From Spirulina sp. (GTDB lineage: Bacteria; Cyanobacteriota; Cyanobacteriia; Phormidesmidales; Phormidesmidaceae), in contig JBIPSI010000019.1 of assembly GCA_044070495.1 (NCBI GenBank), positions 44,646-108,645 of the forward strand: a stretch of DNA of 64,000 bases, given 5' to 3'. Shown piece by piece: positions 30,979 through 41,238 of the stretch. A program made the translations under genes and the position numbers. Numbering within the stretch: the first letter of the stretch is position 1; every line of letters begins with the position of its first letter. The notes under the pieces are model-generated. The model did not search any database and was not told where the DNA came from. It saw only the letters and a program-made list of their open reading frames with translations.

Positions 30979-31473
30979 CTACAGCTCAGCGCCAAAGTCT
31001 TCCCGCAGCTTGGCTTCCTGCTCCGCCGACAGGTTGGACTGGATCAGCTCACCCACCTCATCGGGGCCGAAGGCTTCGCTCACCTTGTCCACGGTGACTT
31101 GGCCAGTCAGCAAAAACAGGGCCGAGGTGCCTTCGGTCACCTTGTCGCGCAGGTCTTTGATGAAGTCGTCGTTGATGCCGTAGTCCGTGAACTTGCCGGA
31201 CAGGGCACCCGCCGCTGCCCCCACAATCATGCCGAACAGGGGCACCAAGAAAATGAGGCCAAACAACATGCCCCAGAAGGCACCGCCCAGGGCACCAACG
31301 CCGACGGTGCTAACCGCTTGGTAGGTCTTGGGTTTTTTGCGTCCCTCCGGCCAAGTCACCACGGCAGCATCCAGCACCTTGATCAACTCCTGTTTTTGCA
31401 GACCTTCTAGCTTTGCCAAGGCGTTTTCTGCACCGTCGGCAGCCTTAAATTTCCAAACCGTTAATGTAGACAT
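30979..31473 (-). CDS. DUF1269 family membrane protein
   Basis: MSTLTVWKF...DAAVV...GALGGAFWGMLFG...DYGINDDFIK...GTSALFLL...SNLSAEQE; AGGAG RBS. Confidence 0.88.
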   Translation of the reverse strand: MSTLTVWKFKAADGAENALAKLEGLQKQELIKVLDAAVVTWPEGRKKPKTYQAVSTVGVGALGGAFWGMLFGLIFLVPLFGMIVGAAAGALSGKFTDYGINDDFIKDLRDKVTEGTSALFLLTGQVTVDKVSEAFGPDEVGELIQSNLSAEQEAKLREDFGAEL

Positions 31474-31623
31474 AGAATTCTCCTGGTTAGAAAAATCAGA
31501 GTGATGGCATAACAACCTAGAAACCAGTTGCAGAGTCTCCATGGTGTCGCCCTAGTGTAAGCCATTGCTATTCAAATGAGGTTAACTTGGCTTAAAATTA
31601 CCAATTTTGTTAATCAATGATCG

Positions 31624-32016
31624 CTAATCAAGGGTCGAAACCGTGGCGGAAATTAACCGATGAATTTGGGCAGACAAGGTATGGGGATTGAACGGTTTCG
31701 CAATGGCTCCGAGAAAACCCATTTGATTTAACTCTGCGGTGGTAAACCAGTTGGCCTTGGCGCTGATTAGAACAATCGGTATCGTTAACCGCCTAGAATA
31801 GGACTTTAATTGCTCAATCAGCAGGAGGGCATCAATTTCTGGAGTCGAAGCATCAATCAGGATGATATCTGGATGCTGTTTTTCACACAGGAAAATACCT
31901 TCCCGAATTGACCTAGAGCTAGTCACCTCCCAGCCGCCAAATTCTCTCAGGCAATCGCCTATAACCTCTCGAAGGCTGGATTCATGCTCAATCAAAAGAA
32001 TCATTGGACTGGGCAT
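31624..32016 (-). CDS. Stand-alone response regulator receiver (CheY-like)
   Basis: PDIILID, IPIVLISA, AKPF; AT-richer than its neighbours. Confidence 0.82.
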   Translation of the reverse strand: MPSPMILLIEHESSLREVIGDCLREFGGWEVTSSRSIREGIFLCEKQHPDIILIDASTPEIDALLLIEQLKSYSRRLTIPIVLISAKANWFTTAELNQMGFLGAIAKPFNPHTLSAQIHRLISATVSTLD

Positions 32017-32306
32017 AGATCGCCCCTTAAAAATAGACGAAATTGGAGTTTAGTCGGCTATCCAAATGTCCTCAACTCAAAAAAATCTCCTTTACTTTTT
32101 GTCATATTTCTGAACTAATCTAGAGAATATGGCAGTTCAAGCAGCCCCATTCAAGGAAAGCCAGAGGAGAAAACCTCCCCCCTACGCACGGTTGGATAGA
32201 TTGGAAATTAGGAGCATGGAATTCAGATTGGCTACCAGAAGATCTTCAGGCTATAAAAAGCATCTGATTATGCTAAGTAGTAGCCTAGAGAAAAACTATA
32301 GGAAAG

Positions 32307-33545
32307 TTATAGGAGTGTGTTGGGTGTAGCGGCGATAGGGCTAAGGGAAAATTTCTGGGCCATGTCCTCAGAAACGCTTTGGGGACTGCTGGTTGCCGCA
32401 GCTTGCTGTAGCTGCATCTGTAAAGCATCGTTGGGATCAATCCAGAGAACGGCCCCAGTCCCAGCCATGGAATCGGCACCGAAGGAGGCACCGGAGCGCC
32501 AGACAATCTGACGGCTCCCTGGCGCTAGGGTATGCGCAACGGTCTGGTCTGAGGTCAGCCAAACCGTTGGCACCTCTGGCCAATGCAGGGGTGGTGCTGC
32601 CGTGGCCTCCACTGCTACTCCAGCTAGGGCCATCAGCACCCCAGGGCGATCCTGGAGCAACTCCCCAGAGGGCAACCAAAGGGCCGCTGCAAAGCCCTTG
32701 CCTAGGGCGTAATGGTAGAGGGAAGCCGCCGCTATCACCGCCTGTTCAAAGCTCTCCTCGGCCCAATCGCCCCTGGTGTTGAGGGCAATGACGATCTCCT
32801 GGCTGGCGGTTACTTTTTCGAGTTCTCGCACCCGCAGTTCACCATAGCGAGCGCTGGTGCGCCAGTGAATCAGACGGGTGGGGTCGCCCCAGCGGTAGGG
32901 CCGTAGTGATCGGGTCACGCCCTCGGTGGCGGGTTTGACCACGGGATGATAGTGCCATTGTTGGCCCGATTGATTGCCCAGGGCATCCACGATGGGGCAG
33001 TGCGCCAGGGGCAGGATTTGCGGATACACGATGGCGGTGGTAGGCAGGGGTAACGTTCGACGGTACCAAAACAGCCCCAGCGGAGCCGCCGAACGCAGGG
33101 TTAAGGTTTCCCAGGTATATATTCCTCGCCGGGTGGTGGGTACCCAATAGCGCCAGGGCAGGGTTTGCCCAGAGTCTAAATGGCGCAGGGCGGTACGTTG
33201 GGGTGTACCAAGGACAGGATGAACGGCGTCGATGACTTGAAAGAGTCCCTTGGCGTGGCGGTGGGAGTTGTGTACCAAGACTGTCACCGCCAGGTTCTCC
33301 CCTGCCGCCACGGGTTCGATGGGCATGCGCTCCACGGTGACCCCGTGAAGTTGGCGACGGGGCAGACGAGTTGCCATAGCTAGCAAAGCCAGCATTAAGC
33401 CACTCATCACATAGAGCCAGCCGGCTAGGGTATTGGTCGCCGCTGCGAAGAGAAAAATCGCCAGCCCCAGCAGCAACCCTCCGGCATAGGTGGGCTGTAG
33501 ACCACGCTGTTCTAGAAAATTGCTCAAGCGTCTGAAAAAAGCCAT
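32307..33545 (-). CDS. DUF58 domain protein
   Basis: RRGIY...PLGLF, LRPYRWGDPTRLIHWRTSARYGELRVRE. Confidence 0.88.
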   Translation of the reverse strand: MAFFRRLSNFLEQRGLQPTYAGGLLLGLAIFLFAAATNTLAGWLYVMSGLMLALLAMATRLPRRQLHGVTVERMPIEPVAAGENLAVTVLVHNSHRHAKGLFQVIDAVHPVLGTPQRTALRHLDSGQTLPWRYWVPTTRRGIYTWETLTLRSAAPLGLFWYRRTLPLPTTAIVYPQILPLAHCPIVDALGNQSGQQWHYHPVVKPATEGVTRSLRPYRWGDPTRLIHWRTSARYGELRVRELEKVTASQEIVIALNTRGDWAEESFEQAVIAAASLYHYALGKGFAAALWLPSGELLQDRPGVLMALAGVAVEATAAPPLHWPEVPTVWLTSDQTVAHTLAPGSRQIVWRSGASFGADSMAGTGAVLWIDPNDALQMQLQQAAATSSPQSVSEDMAQKFSLSPIAATPNTLL

Positions 33546-33753
33546 GGCAGAGTGAATTCAGGGTGATGGTAGGGGCTGGCCTAAACCGAGAGATGTTCCC
33601 ATCCTAGTCGTCTCAGATGTCTAGAGCATAGCCAGCCCCCAAGTTTTACCGCCATGACCCCAGACAACGGTGATCCCTGGCCATTCTGGGTCGCCCATCC
33701 ACCGGCCCCCATGCTGTGATTCAATAGGGGCAGTTGTTGTGGAGAGATTAGCC

Positions 33754-33846
33754 ATGGGAGCCATCGCGTTTATTTTGTTTCTGGGGGCGATGCTGGGCCT
33801 AGCCCTGGGCCTCTACTTTGGTCTGCGCACCTTCAAGCTCATCTAA
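33754..33846 (+). CDS. petL: Cytochrome b6f complex subunit VI
   Basis: Read manually: MGAIAFILFLGAMLGLALGLYFGLRTFKLI* (30 aa, one TM helix, LYFGLxxxKLI end); GGAGAG RBS. Confidence 0.85.
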   Translation: MGAIAFILFLGAMLGLALGLYFGLRTFKLI

Positions 33847-33976
33847 TCCCGGATTCTGGTTGATTGATTCCCCCCAGGGGATGGGGACGAGTCCTCCTCG
33901 TCCCTACGGTCGGTTGGATGGGGGAGAAATCGGGGATAGGAAATATGGATGTTGCCCTAGGCTGGCCATGGCTAAC

Positions 33977-34837
33977 CTAGGGCAACTTTTTGGCAGGATG
34001 GCCTGTTTCGGGAGAAATGCGCAGCCGTTTGGCTTCGCGGCATCGACTCACTGAGGGTTGGGGATCACCCTGGGCCAACAGTTCCGAAAGAGTGACAAAC
34101 CGATAGCCCTGGGGGCTGTAGGTGTCCAGAATTTGCCGCACCAGTTCCACCGTATTTTGGCGGTTAACGGGGGGAGAACCGGGGGGAGTGGGGCCAGCGT
34201 CGTGCATCAGCACAATGGCCCCTGGGTGGGCGCTCTGTTGCAGTAGGGTAAGCATGTGCTCCACAGACAGACCGTTCCAGTCCTGTACGTCGATATCCCA
34301 AAAGATGATCGGTCTACCCATGGCCTTTAGGGTGGCCATCACCAGCAGGTTAGCGTGGCCATAGGGGGGACGAAAATAGGACGGCAGGTGCCGTAGCCAG
34401 GGGGTCAGCAGATCGTCTGTGTTCTGAATTTCTTGATAAATGGCTCGGCGGAATTTGCGGTTGAGATCCGGATGAGAAAAGGTGTGATTGGCCAACTCGT
34501 GGCCTTGGGCGACCAGGGTTTGGGCAATATCGGGGTACTGGGCGAGGTGCTGGCCGATGGTGAAAAAGGTGGCCTTGGCTTGATAGTCGTGCAGCAGGTC
34601 GAGGATGGCAGGGGTATAAACCGGATGGGGGCCATCGTCAAAGGTGAGGGCCATGATGGGAGCCTGGGTGTGCACACAGAAGACGGCCTGCCCAGACATC
34701 TGAGTCCACAAAAAGCGCTGGGGCCAGAAACCCTTTGTCCACACCAGGAGGGTGAGGGTGGTGGCTACCAACATCAGCCCCATGCGTACCACCAACCGCC
34801 GCAGCCCCCGAAGACGATGATGACGTGCAGGTATCAT
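33977..34837 (-). CDS. Polysaccharide deacetylase (NodB/CE4)
   Basis: ALTFDDGP, ATFF, HELANHTFSH, FRPPYG, IVLMHD. Confidence 0.92.
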   Translation of the reverse strand: MIPARHHRLRGLRRLVVRMGLMLVATTLTLLVWTKGFWPQRFLWTQMSGQAVFCVHTQAPIMALTFDDGPHPVYTPAILDLLHDYQAKATFFTIGQHLAQYPDIAQTLVAQGHELANHTFSHPDLNRKFRRAIYQEIQNTDDLLTPWLRHLPSYFRPPYGHANLLVMATLKAMGRPIIFWDIDVQDWNGLSVEHMLTLLQQSAHPGAIVLMHDAGPTPPGSPPVNRQNTVELVRQILDTYSPQGYRFVTLSELLAQGDPQPSVSRCREAKRLRISPETGHPAKKLP

Positions 34838-34850
34838 GGTTTCCTAGCCC

Positions 34851-36212
34851 TCATGGTTTAACGGGGGATGAGAACACGGGGTGATGTTCCATCGCCAGAT
34901 CAGAAAGTGCCTGAAGCGCCGCCAGCATGGCCCACCCAAGGAGATTGACTCGGGCATCGAAAAAGGCAATGTCGAAGAGGGAAAACAGAATGCAGGCCAG
35001 AAAGCCAAGACCATAGCCCGCCAGCACGGGCCGGAACCCCCAGGGCAGCAGACGCAGGCTGTAGCATCGCACGGCCCGATAGCATACCCAGCTAACGATG
35101 CCCGTCAGCAGCAGCATCACGGGCAACCCTGCCTCCGCCGCCAGATGCAGCCATAGGTTGTGGCCGTGGTTCAGCAGCGGTTCATCGGGAATGGAGTAGG
35201 GCACGTAATTGGCCTGGAACCCACCAAAGCCAACCCCAAACCAGGGATGCTGCCGAATCAATGGCAGCGACAACTGCCAAATGTTGACTCGCATGGCGCT
35301 ACTGCTGAAGGCATAGGTAATCGAACGCCCCCCAACGCCGCCATAGGCAACCCCTACCAGGGTTGCCATCACTAGGCCTAGCCCTATCCACCGAGCCCAG
35401 CGATGCCGCCGCATCAGCATGATGGTAATCAGCAATTGCACCAGTATCACCAAAATTCCGCTACGTGATCCCGATCCAAAAACACCGAGGGGAATCAGGG
35501 CCGTGGCTGCGTAGATCCAGGCCATGGTGGCGGAGGGGTAAGCGGTCAAGCGCGACCGAGAATCGCCTTGGTCTGCGGTCGTGGGGGAGACCGCAGACCA
35601 GGGCATTGCCTCTGGAGTTTGTAGGGCCAGCATACAGAGCCCTAGCCCTAGGCCAAAGATCATCACCAGGTAGGCGGCCAACACGTTGGGGTGTCCAAAC
35701 ACCGAATCGGCCCGATGACCGTAGTTTTGGGTTTGATAGAGCCATGCCATCCAGGGTGCCTGGCTGAATCGGGACACCATGGCCGGTGCCCGAAAGATAT
35801 ACTCGACCACTGCCCGCAGGCTGATCGGAACCGAGGCCATCAACAGCCAAAATGCTAGTTTTCTCAGGCTTTGGAGGGGGTTGGGTAGGCGGGTGATGTA
35901 GAGGGAGAACCCCGCAAAAAAGAGAAAAAATGGCCAGAGATTTGTGGACTGGAGCGCGGCCTGGAGCGGGTTCTCCGCCGCCGCGATACTGAGACCGATG
36001 CCCAGGGTGAGCCACACCCAGCCCTGTCGCCAAAGCCGCTGCCAGATCGCCTGGGGATAGGCCACCAACCAACCTAGAATCAAAATGAAAAACCCCGTGA
36101 GACCCAGGTAACTGGCGTAGGGCAAAACGATAAAGCTCCCCAGGGCTAAGCGCTCATGGTGTTGTGTTAGCCCCCAGCCCCCCAGGCCGTACCCCTTTGC
36201 TTTGATAGCCAT
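34851..36212 (-). CDS. O-antigen ligase/Wzy_C family membrane protein
   Basis: Multiple TM helices; SVFGHPNVLA, SGSRSG, HPWFGVGFG, HGHNLWLH. Confidence 0.85.
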   Translation of the reverse strand: MAIKAKGYGLGGWGLTQHHERLALGSFIVLPYASYLGLTGFFILILGWLVAYPQAIWQRLWRQGWVWLTLGIGLSIAAAENPLQAALQSTNLWPFFLFFAGFSLYITRLPNPLQSLRKLAFWLLMASVPISLRAVVEYIFRAPAMVSRFSQAPWMAWLYQTQNYGHRADSVFGHPNVLAAYLVMIFGLGLGLCMLALQTPEAMPWSAVSPTTADQGDSRSRLTAYPSATMAWIYAATALIPLGVFGSGSRSGILVILVQLLITIMLMRRHRWARWIGLGLVMATLVGVAYGGVGGRSITYAFSSSAMRVNIWQLSLPLIRQHPWFGVGFGGFQANYVPYSIPDEPLLNHGHNLWLHLAAEAGLPVMLLLTGIVSWVCYRAVRCYSLRLLPWGFRPVLAGYGLGFLACILFSLFDIAFFDARVNLLGWAMLAALQALSDLAMEHHPVFSSPVKP

Positions 36213-36244
36213 GCGCCCCCTTGATATCGATGGTGGTTTCAGGA

Positions 36245-37690
36245 TTAATAGGCCCCATCACCTCGAATCACCACCCCAACCGTTTTAATCAGAATATAGA
36301 TATCTAGCCACACTGACCAGTTCCTGACGTAGTAGGCATCTAAGTTGACCCGCTCGGCATAGGAGACATCGTTGCGCCCTGAAACCTGCCACAGTCCGGT
36401 CAGTCCAGGGAGGACGCGGGTGTAAAGACTGTACTTCTCGGCATAGCGAGGAATTTCCTCCGCAATAATCGGACGGGGGCCAACCAGACTCATCTCCCCC
36501 CGCAGCACGTTCCAAAGCTGGGGCAGTTCATCCAGGCTGGTGCGTCGCAAAAAGCGCCCAATGGCGGTAACTCTGGGGTCGTAACGCAGCTTTTGGTCGG
36601 CTTCCCACTGATGTTTAAGGTGGGGGTGGGAGGTGAGGTAGGCGGCCAAGGCTCGGTCGGCGTTGGGCACCATGGATCGAAACTTCCAGGCCATGAAGGG
36701 ACGGCCATTGCGACCCAGGCGTTTTTGACCATAGAACACGGGGCCAGGGGAACTGAGCTTCACCAAGAGGGCAATGAGCACCAGCAGCGGCAGTAGCGCC
36801 AGCCCCACCACCAAGGTCAAGATGAAATCGAGGAGGGCCTTGGACATCCTTGGCCCCGGCAGCAGTAAGCGCTGGCTAATTTCTAGGCCCAAAATGCCGC
36901 CCAGATCCTTGGCCCCCACCCACAGGCTCGACACCCCGAACAAATCGGGGATCATCAGCAGGTGGGCAAAGGTATTGCCGTACTGCTCCAGAATGGTTAG
37001 CAGGCGCTCCCGTTGCACCCCTGGCATGGCCACAATGGCGTAGTGAATGTCCCGCTGGCGGGCTAGCACCGGGGCGGCGGACAGCCCCCCAAGCACCGGA
37101 ATACCGCAGATTTCACCCCGTTTTTCGGGGTCATCATCGAGGGCGGCCACGGGCTTGAGGCCAAATTCGGGCTGGCGCTGTAGGGTGTGAATCACCATTT
37201 CTCCGGTTTTTCCGGCCCCCAAGATCAGGACGGGATAGCCCCACCAGGCATAGCGGGATACCCCCTGGCGCAGCAGCAACCGTCCTAGCAACACAGATCC
37301 AAGGGAGAGCCCCCAGGCCATGAGGAACACCCCCCGCGAGTAGGTTTCTCCCTCGCCGACCAGGAAAAAGCCAGCCCCCAGCACGAGGTAGGTAAAGGTG
37401 GTAGACAGCACCACCCGCCGTAACTCATCCACCGGGCTAAGCCCCACCCCTGGATAGAGACCAGCCGCCGTATAGGCGAGCAAAAACACGCCCAGGATCG
37501 GCCAAAGCTGCCAATAGAGAATGGGATCGTAGGCTCCATTTAGGGCAAGACGACCGTAGACACTAATGATTCCAGCCAACACGAGGGCTAGCGTATCCGC
37601 CGTAGCCAACGCTCCCACCATCGGGATAGACCGAGTTGACATCCGTAGTGAGGCCATGACTGGACTGATCGCTTGCGGTAGAGGAAACAT
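36245..37690 (-). CDS. wbaP: Undecaprenyl-phosphate sugar phosphotransferase (WbaP-like)
   Basis: [52 protein letters not shown]. Confidence 0.88.
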   Translation of the reverse strand: MFPLPQAISPVMASLRMSTRSIPMVGALATADTLALVLAGIISVYGRLALNGAYDPILYWQLWPILGVFLLAYTAAGLYPGVGLSPVDELRRVVLSTTFTYLVLGAGFFLVGEGETYSRGVFLMAWGLSLGSVLLGRLLLRQGVSRYAWWGYPVLILGAGKTGEMVIHTLQRQPEFGLKPVAALDDDPEKRGEICGIPVLGGLSAAPVLARQRDIHYAIVAMPGVQRERLLTILEQYGNTFAHLLMIPDLFGVSSLWVGAKDLGGILGLEISQRLLLPGPRMSKALLDFILTLVVGLALLPLLVLIALLVKLSSPGPVFYGQKRLGRNGRPFMAWKFRSMVPNADRALAAYLTSHPHLKHQWEADQKLRYDPRVTAIGRFLRRTSLDELPQLWNVLRGEMSLVGPRPIIAEEIPRYAEKYSLYTRVLPGLTGLWQVSGRNDVSYAERVNLDAYYVRNWSVWLDIYILIKTVGVVIRGDGAY

Positions 37691-37721
37691 ACTGCCCCTC
37701 AGTACTCCTGAGTCACCGACA

Positions 37722-38873
37722 TTACTCTAATGCATTGCCCTGTTGAAAATTCAGCCATTTTTGCTGGACAAAATCAGCCAATTCTTGGCAAAAGCGAGTT
37801 TCTGAAAAGATTTCAGCATGATCACGAATCATTTCAGCCGAAAAAGTTCCCGCGCACTGCTCAAAATAGCGCAGGGCTTCCGTTAGATCCCGCAGGGTCT
37901 GCTGGCTAAAGAGTACACCGGTTTGTCCTGGAATCACGGTTTCGGCACTGCCGCCCCGCCCCAGGGCAATCACCGGAGCCCCCGCCGCCTGGGCTTCCAC
38001 CACGGTGATGCCAAAATCCTCCTCCGCTGGAAAAACAAAGGCTCGACAGCGCTCCATATAGTCGGCCACGACCGCATCCGTTGGGTTCTGCAAAAAGGTG
38101 ATATTGGGTTGGGCCATCCGCTTTAGATCCGCCAAACCAGGGCCATCGCCAATAATCACCAGCGGTTTTTTTAATTCATTAAAAGCCGCCACCGTCAGAT
38201 CAACCCGTTTGTAGGGCACGCAGCGGGATACCGTAAGGTAAAAATCCTCGCGAACCCGATCACTGCGAAACCTATCCACCGCTACCGGCGGATAGATCAC
38301 CGTGGCGGGACGACGATAGGTTTTCCAAATCCGCCGAGCCACGTAGCGCGAGTTGGCCACGAAGCAGTCTACCCGATGGGCCGAGGCCAAATCCCACAGG
38401 CGCAGGTAGTGTAGAACGATCCGCGTCAGCCACCCCTTCGGGCCACGGCCCTGTCCCGACTGGGCTAGGTATTGCTGCTGGAGATCCCAGGCGTATCGGA
38501 TGGGGGTATGAACATAGCTAATGTGCAACTGATGGGGCCGCGTTAGCACCCCCTTGGCCACGGCATGGCTACTGGAAAGAACCAGGTCGTAGTCCCCTAG
38601 GTCAAACTGCTCAATGGCCAGGGGCATCAGGGGCAGGTATTGCCGAAAGTGCTTCCTGGCAAAGGGTAGATGCTGGATAAACGAGGTGTGCACGGGCACC
38701 TGGGGCGGCAGCTTCGGCGGGGCCTCGGCAGACAGAAACTTGACTAGGGCAAACAAATCCGCCTGGGGATAAAGCCCTAGCAGTTGCTCCACCACCTTCT
38801 CTGACCCCGCCCTAGCCTCCAGCCACTCATGGACAACGGCCACCCGCCTAGGGGAGGAATCGCTAGGGATCAA
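37722..38873 (-). CDS. Glycosyltransferase family 4 (WbaZ-like)
   Basis: VAVVHEWL..AGSEKV, SSSHAVAKG, HTPIRYAWD, EEDFGITVVEAQAAG. Confidence 0.9.
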   Translation of the reverse strand: MIPSDSSPRRVAVVHEWLEARAGSEKVVEQLLGLYPQADLFALVKFLSAEAPPKLPPQVPVHTSFIQHLPFARKHFRQYLPLMPLAIEQFDLGDYDLVLSSSHAVAKGVLTRPHQLHISYVHTPIRYAWDLQQQYLAQSGQGRGPKGWLTRIVLHYLRLWDLASAHRVDCFVANSRYVARRIWKTYRRPATVIYPPVAVDRFRSDRVREDFYLTVSRCVPYKRVDLTVAAFNELKKPLVIIGDGPGLADLKRMAQPNITFLQNPTDAVVADYMERCRAFVFPAEEDFGITVVEAQAAGAPVIALGRGGSAETVIPGQTGVLFSQQTLRDLTEALRYFEQCAGTFSAEMIRDHAEIFSETRFCQELADFVQQKWLNFQQGNALE

Positions 38874-38990
38874 CGGGGTTCACCACAGGTGTGTCGGGAA
38901 GAGGCCTGGTAATAAGGTTGACCAAGACGATGGACTTGAAAGGGCATCCCTCAGCGCATCTCCCCACCAACTTGCCCCCCACCGCAGAGG

Positions 38991-39209
38991 CTAACATTCG
39001 GCTTGCAGTTCACCAGCGGCCACCTTATCACAGACCATCTGGCGAATTAAGGCCAACTCTTCGTAGGTGACCTGGCCATCGGCCCGCATCGCTGCCATAA
39101 TTTGCTGGCGCTCCTCAGCGGTAACCACGCCGTCTTCAATGGCTTTTTCAATCACTTGCCGGAGCTTTTCTAACTCCTGCTGCTCCTCGGCACTGAGGTG
39201 CTGACCCAT
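38991..39209 (-). CDS. Small acidic hypothetical protein
   Basis: 72-aa ORF with repeated DG(V/Q)VT..E motifs; AAGGGGG RBS. Confidence 0.65.
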   Translation of the reverse strand: MGQHLSAEEQQELEKLRQVIEKAIEDGVVTAEERQQIMAAMRADGQVTYEELALIRQMVCDKVAAGELQAEC

Positions 39210-39229
39210 GGTTGCCCCCTTACAATGCG

Positions 39230-39261
39230 TGGTCTACGGGATTAATGGTCTACGGGATTAA
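39230..39261. repeat. Perfect 16-bp tandem duplication
   Basis: TGGTCTACGGGATTAA x2. Confidence 0.9.
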
Positions 39262-39438
39262 ACGAACAGGACGGCTGGGGAGATTACCCCAGCTACCAGA
39301 CCTCAACCTTCGGCCTGAGGTGCCTCGATTTTACCAGGAGATGCCCCACGACTCTCACCCAAGATCAGGGCGTCGTAGGGCCTTAGACCGAAGGCCGTGG
39401 CGCTAGGGCCACAGCCTTCGGAAGGGAAACCAAAGCCG

Positions 39439-39762
39439 CTAGGAGGCCAGGGCCACCTGGACGATTTCCTGGAGTTTGCCGTTTTGGTAGAGTTCGATCA
39501 AAATATCGGAACCGCCGAGGAATTCGCCGTTGACGTAGACCTGGGGAATGGTGGGCCAATTGGAATATTCCTTGATGCCCTGGCGAATGTCGGGATCGGC
39601 CAGCACGTCAAAGGTCTCGAAGGGAGCACCCAAAACGTTCAAAATCTGCACGACGTTGTTGGAAAAGCCACACTGGGGCATGAGCTTATTGCCCTTCATA
39701 AAGACCATGATCGGGTTGGCTTGCACCATCTGGTCAATGCGATCCTTAACGGCAGCGTCCAT
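39439..39762 (-). CDS. grxD: Monothiol glutaredoxin Grx4
   Basis: FMKG...PQCGFS, WPTIPQVYVNGEFLGGSD. Confidence 0.95.
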   Translation of the reverse strand: MDAAVKDRIDQMVQANPIMVFMKGNKLMPQCGFSNNVVQILNVLGAPFETFDVLADPDIRQGIKEYSNWPTIPQVYVNGEFLGGSDILIELYQNGKLQEIVQVALAS

Positions 39763-39914
39763 GGGGTAATTTCTCCAGGGGTGAATGGAATCAAGGGAAC
39801 AAGACTATCTAACAACCTTTGAGGGCTTGAGTTGTGCCTACGGTGAACCCAATCTCAAAGCATTCGGGCTTAGACGACCCTTTGGGGCAGGGAATACCTG
39901 ACCGCTGAGGAGCG

Positions 39915-40172
39915 TTAACTCGCTTGGGCGGCCTGCCAGTCTTCGGGGGTATAGGTTTTGAGGGCGAGGGCATGGATGGCCTCGGAGGACATGGCCTCGC
40001 GCACGGCCCCGTAAACGAGCTGATGCTGCTGCACTAGGCTACGTCCTGCAAAGGCTGAGGAAACCACCGCCACCTGGTAGTGATCACCGCCACCCGTCAG
40101 GTCTTGCACATCCACTTCGGCATCGGGAAGGCTGGCCTTGATCATGGCGGCCACTTGATCTGGGCTAATCAT
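39915..40172 (-). CDS. bolA: BolA family protein
   Basis: GGGDHY...[16 protein letters not shown]...IHALALKT; adjacent to grxD. Confidence 0.9.
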   Translation of the reverse strand: MISPDQVAAMIKASLPDAEVDVQDLTGGGDHYQVAVVSSAFAGRSLVQQHQLVYGAVREAMSSEAIHALALKTYTPEDWQAAQAS

Positions 40173-40347
40173 GGAAACGACACTCCCACTAGGGTCTAAC
40201 AAGGGAACAGGGCGGATCCCTGAAGCTGAGGAAGGGGGTGAAGGCCACTCCGCTACTGCCATCTTGCCATTGAATGGAGCAGCATCGATAGGGAATTGCC
40301 ATTGATTTTCCCTATATTCCCCTAGGGGAAACAGGCCCTAGCGGCCC

Positions 40348-40965
40348 CTACTCACCTTCGGGGGCCGGGACAGCGGTGGTTTGTCCAGCGTAGGGTTCGC
40401 TGACAAAGCCGAGTTCAAACAACTGTTGGTAGGCGCGTTGCCCCAATTCACGGGTGGGCTGCTGGCTGCGCAGAATTTCCATCAGCAGCGGAATGGCTTC
40501 GTCTGGCTTATTCTGGGCGCGGTAGACCAGCGCTAATTGATAGGTGGCTTGGTCGCGCATCTGGGCGGCCTCTAGGGCCATTTCTCGGTTGCTGCGGTTG
40601 AGCTGGCTGTTAACGCCCACGAACATCTGGGCCAGTTCCTGGTAGTAGCTTGACAACTGGTTGAGGGTCGCACGGGAGGCCTGGAGTTTGACCGCAGCGG
40701 TGTCTAAATCTTGATTGGCAATGGCGGCCTCGGCCTCGGCCATTTGCTGGCGGGCTCCAGCGATGCTGAGGGAGGTGCTGGAGATATTTCCAGGCTGAAC
40801 CGGGGTGATTTCAGACTCTACCGTGCCCTGGGCTAGTTGATCGGGGCTGGCAACGGCTTGGCTTGCCCCCACAACACCACTACCTAGGCCCCCGCCCAAG
40901 GCCACCAGTACCGCCGCCGAAAAGCTGGATAGGGGTTTCCAAACAGAGTGCATTGCAACGACCAT
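40348..40965 (-). CDS. Secreted helical (TPR-like) conserved cyanobacterial protein
   Basis: Signal-like N-terminus; ATYQLALVYRAQNKPDEAIPLL...AYQQLFELGF. Confidence 0.7.
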   Translation of the reverse strand: MVVAMHSVWKPLSSFSAAVLVALGGGLGSGVVGASQAVASPDQLAQGTVESEITPVQPGNISSTSLSIAGARQQMAEAEAAIANQDLDTAAVKLQASRATLNQLSSYYQELAQMFVGVNSQLNRSNREMALEAAQMRDQATYQLALVYRAQNKPDEAIPLLMEILRSQQPTRELGQRAYQQLFELGFVSEPYAGQTTAVPAPEGE

Positions 40966-41238
40966 GACTTACCCAAAATGTGAGGGACAATCGCACCGGC
41001 TAATCTAACGATTTACCAAAGGACGAGCTGCCAAAATACTGAGGTATCTTAACATCTCGTTATGGCCCCCTGGAGAATTCCCCCTGGATTTACCAGGGAT
41101 CCTCCCCTGTGATTGTTAGGGAGACTGGGGTGCTGCACCTGTGACCACAACCGGGCTAAAAAGTTCCCGTTGTGGGGTTACGGTCATCCATCCCCCGTTT
41201 CCCATCCTCTGCCCCTTCTATCCCCCTACGTTCGACCC

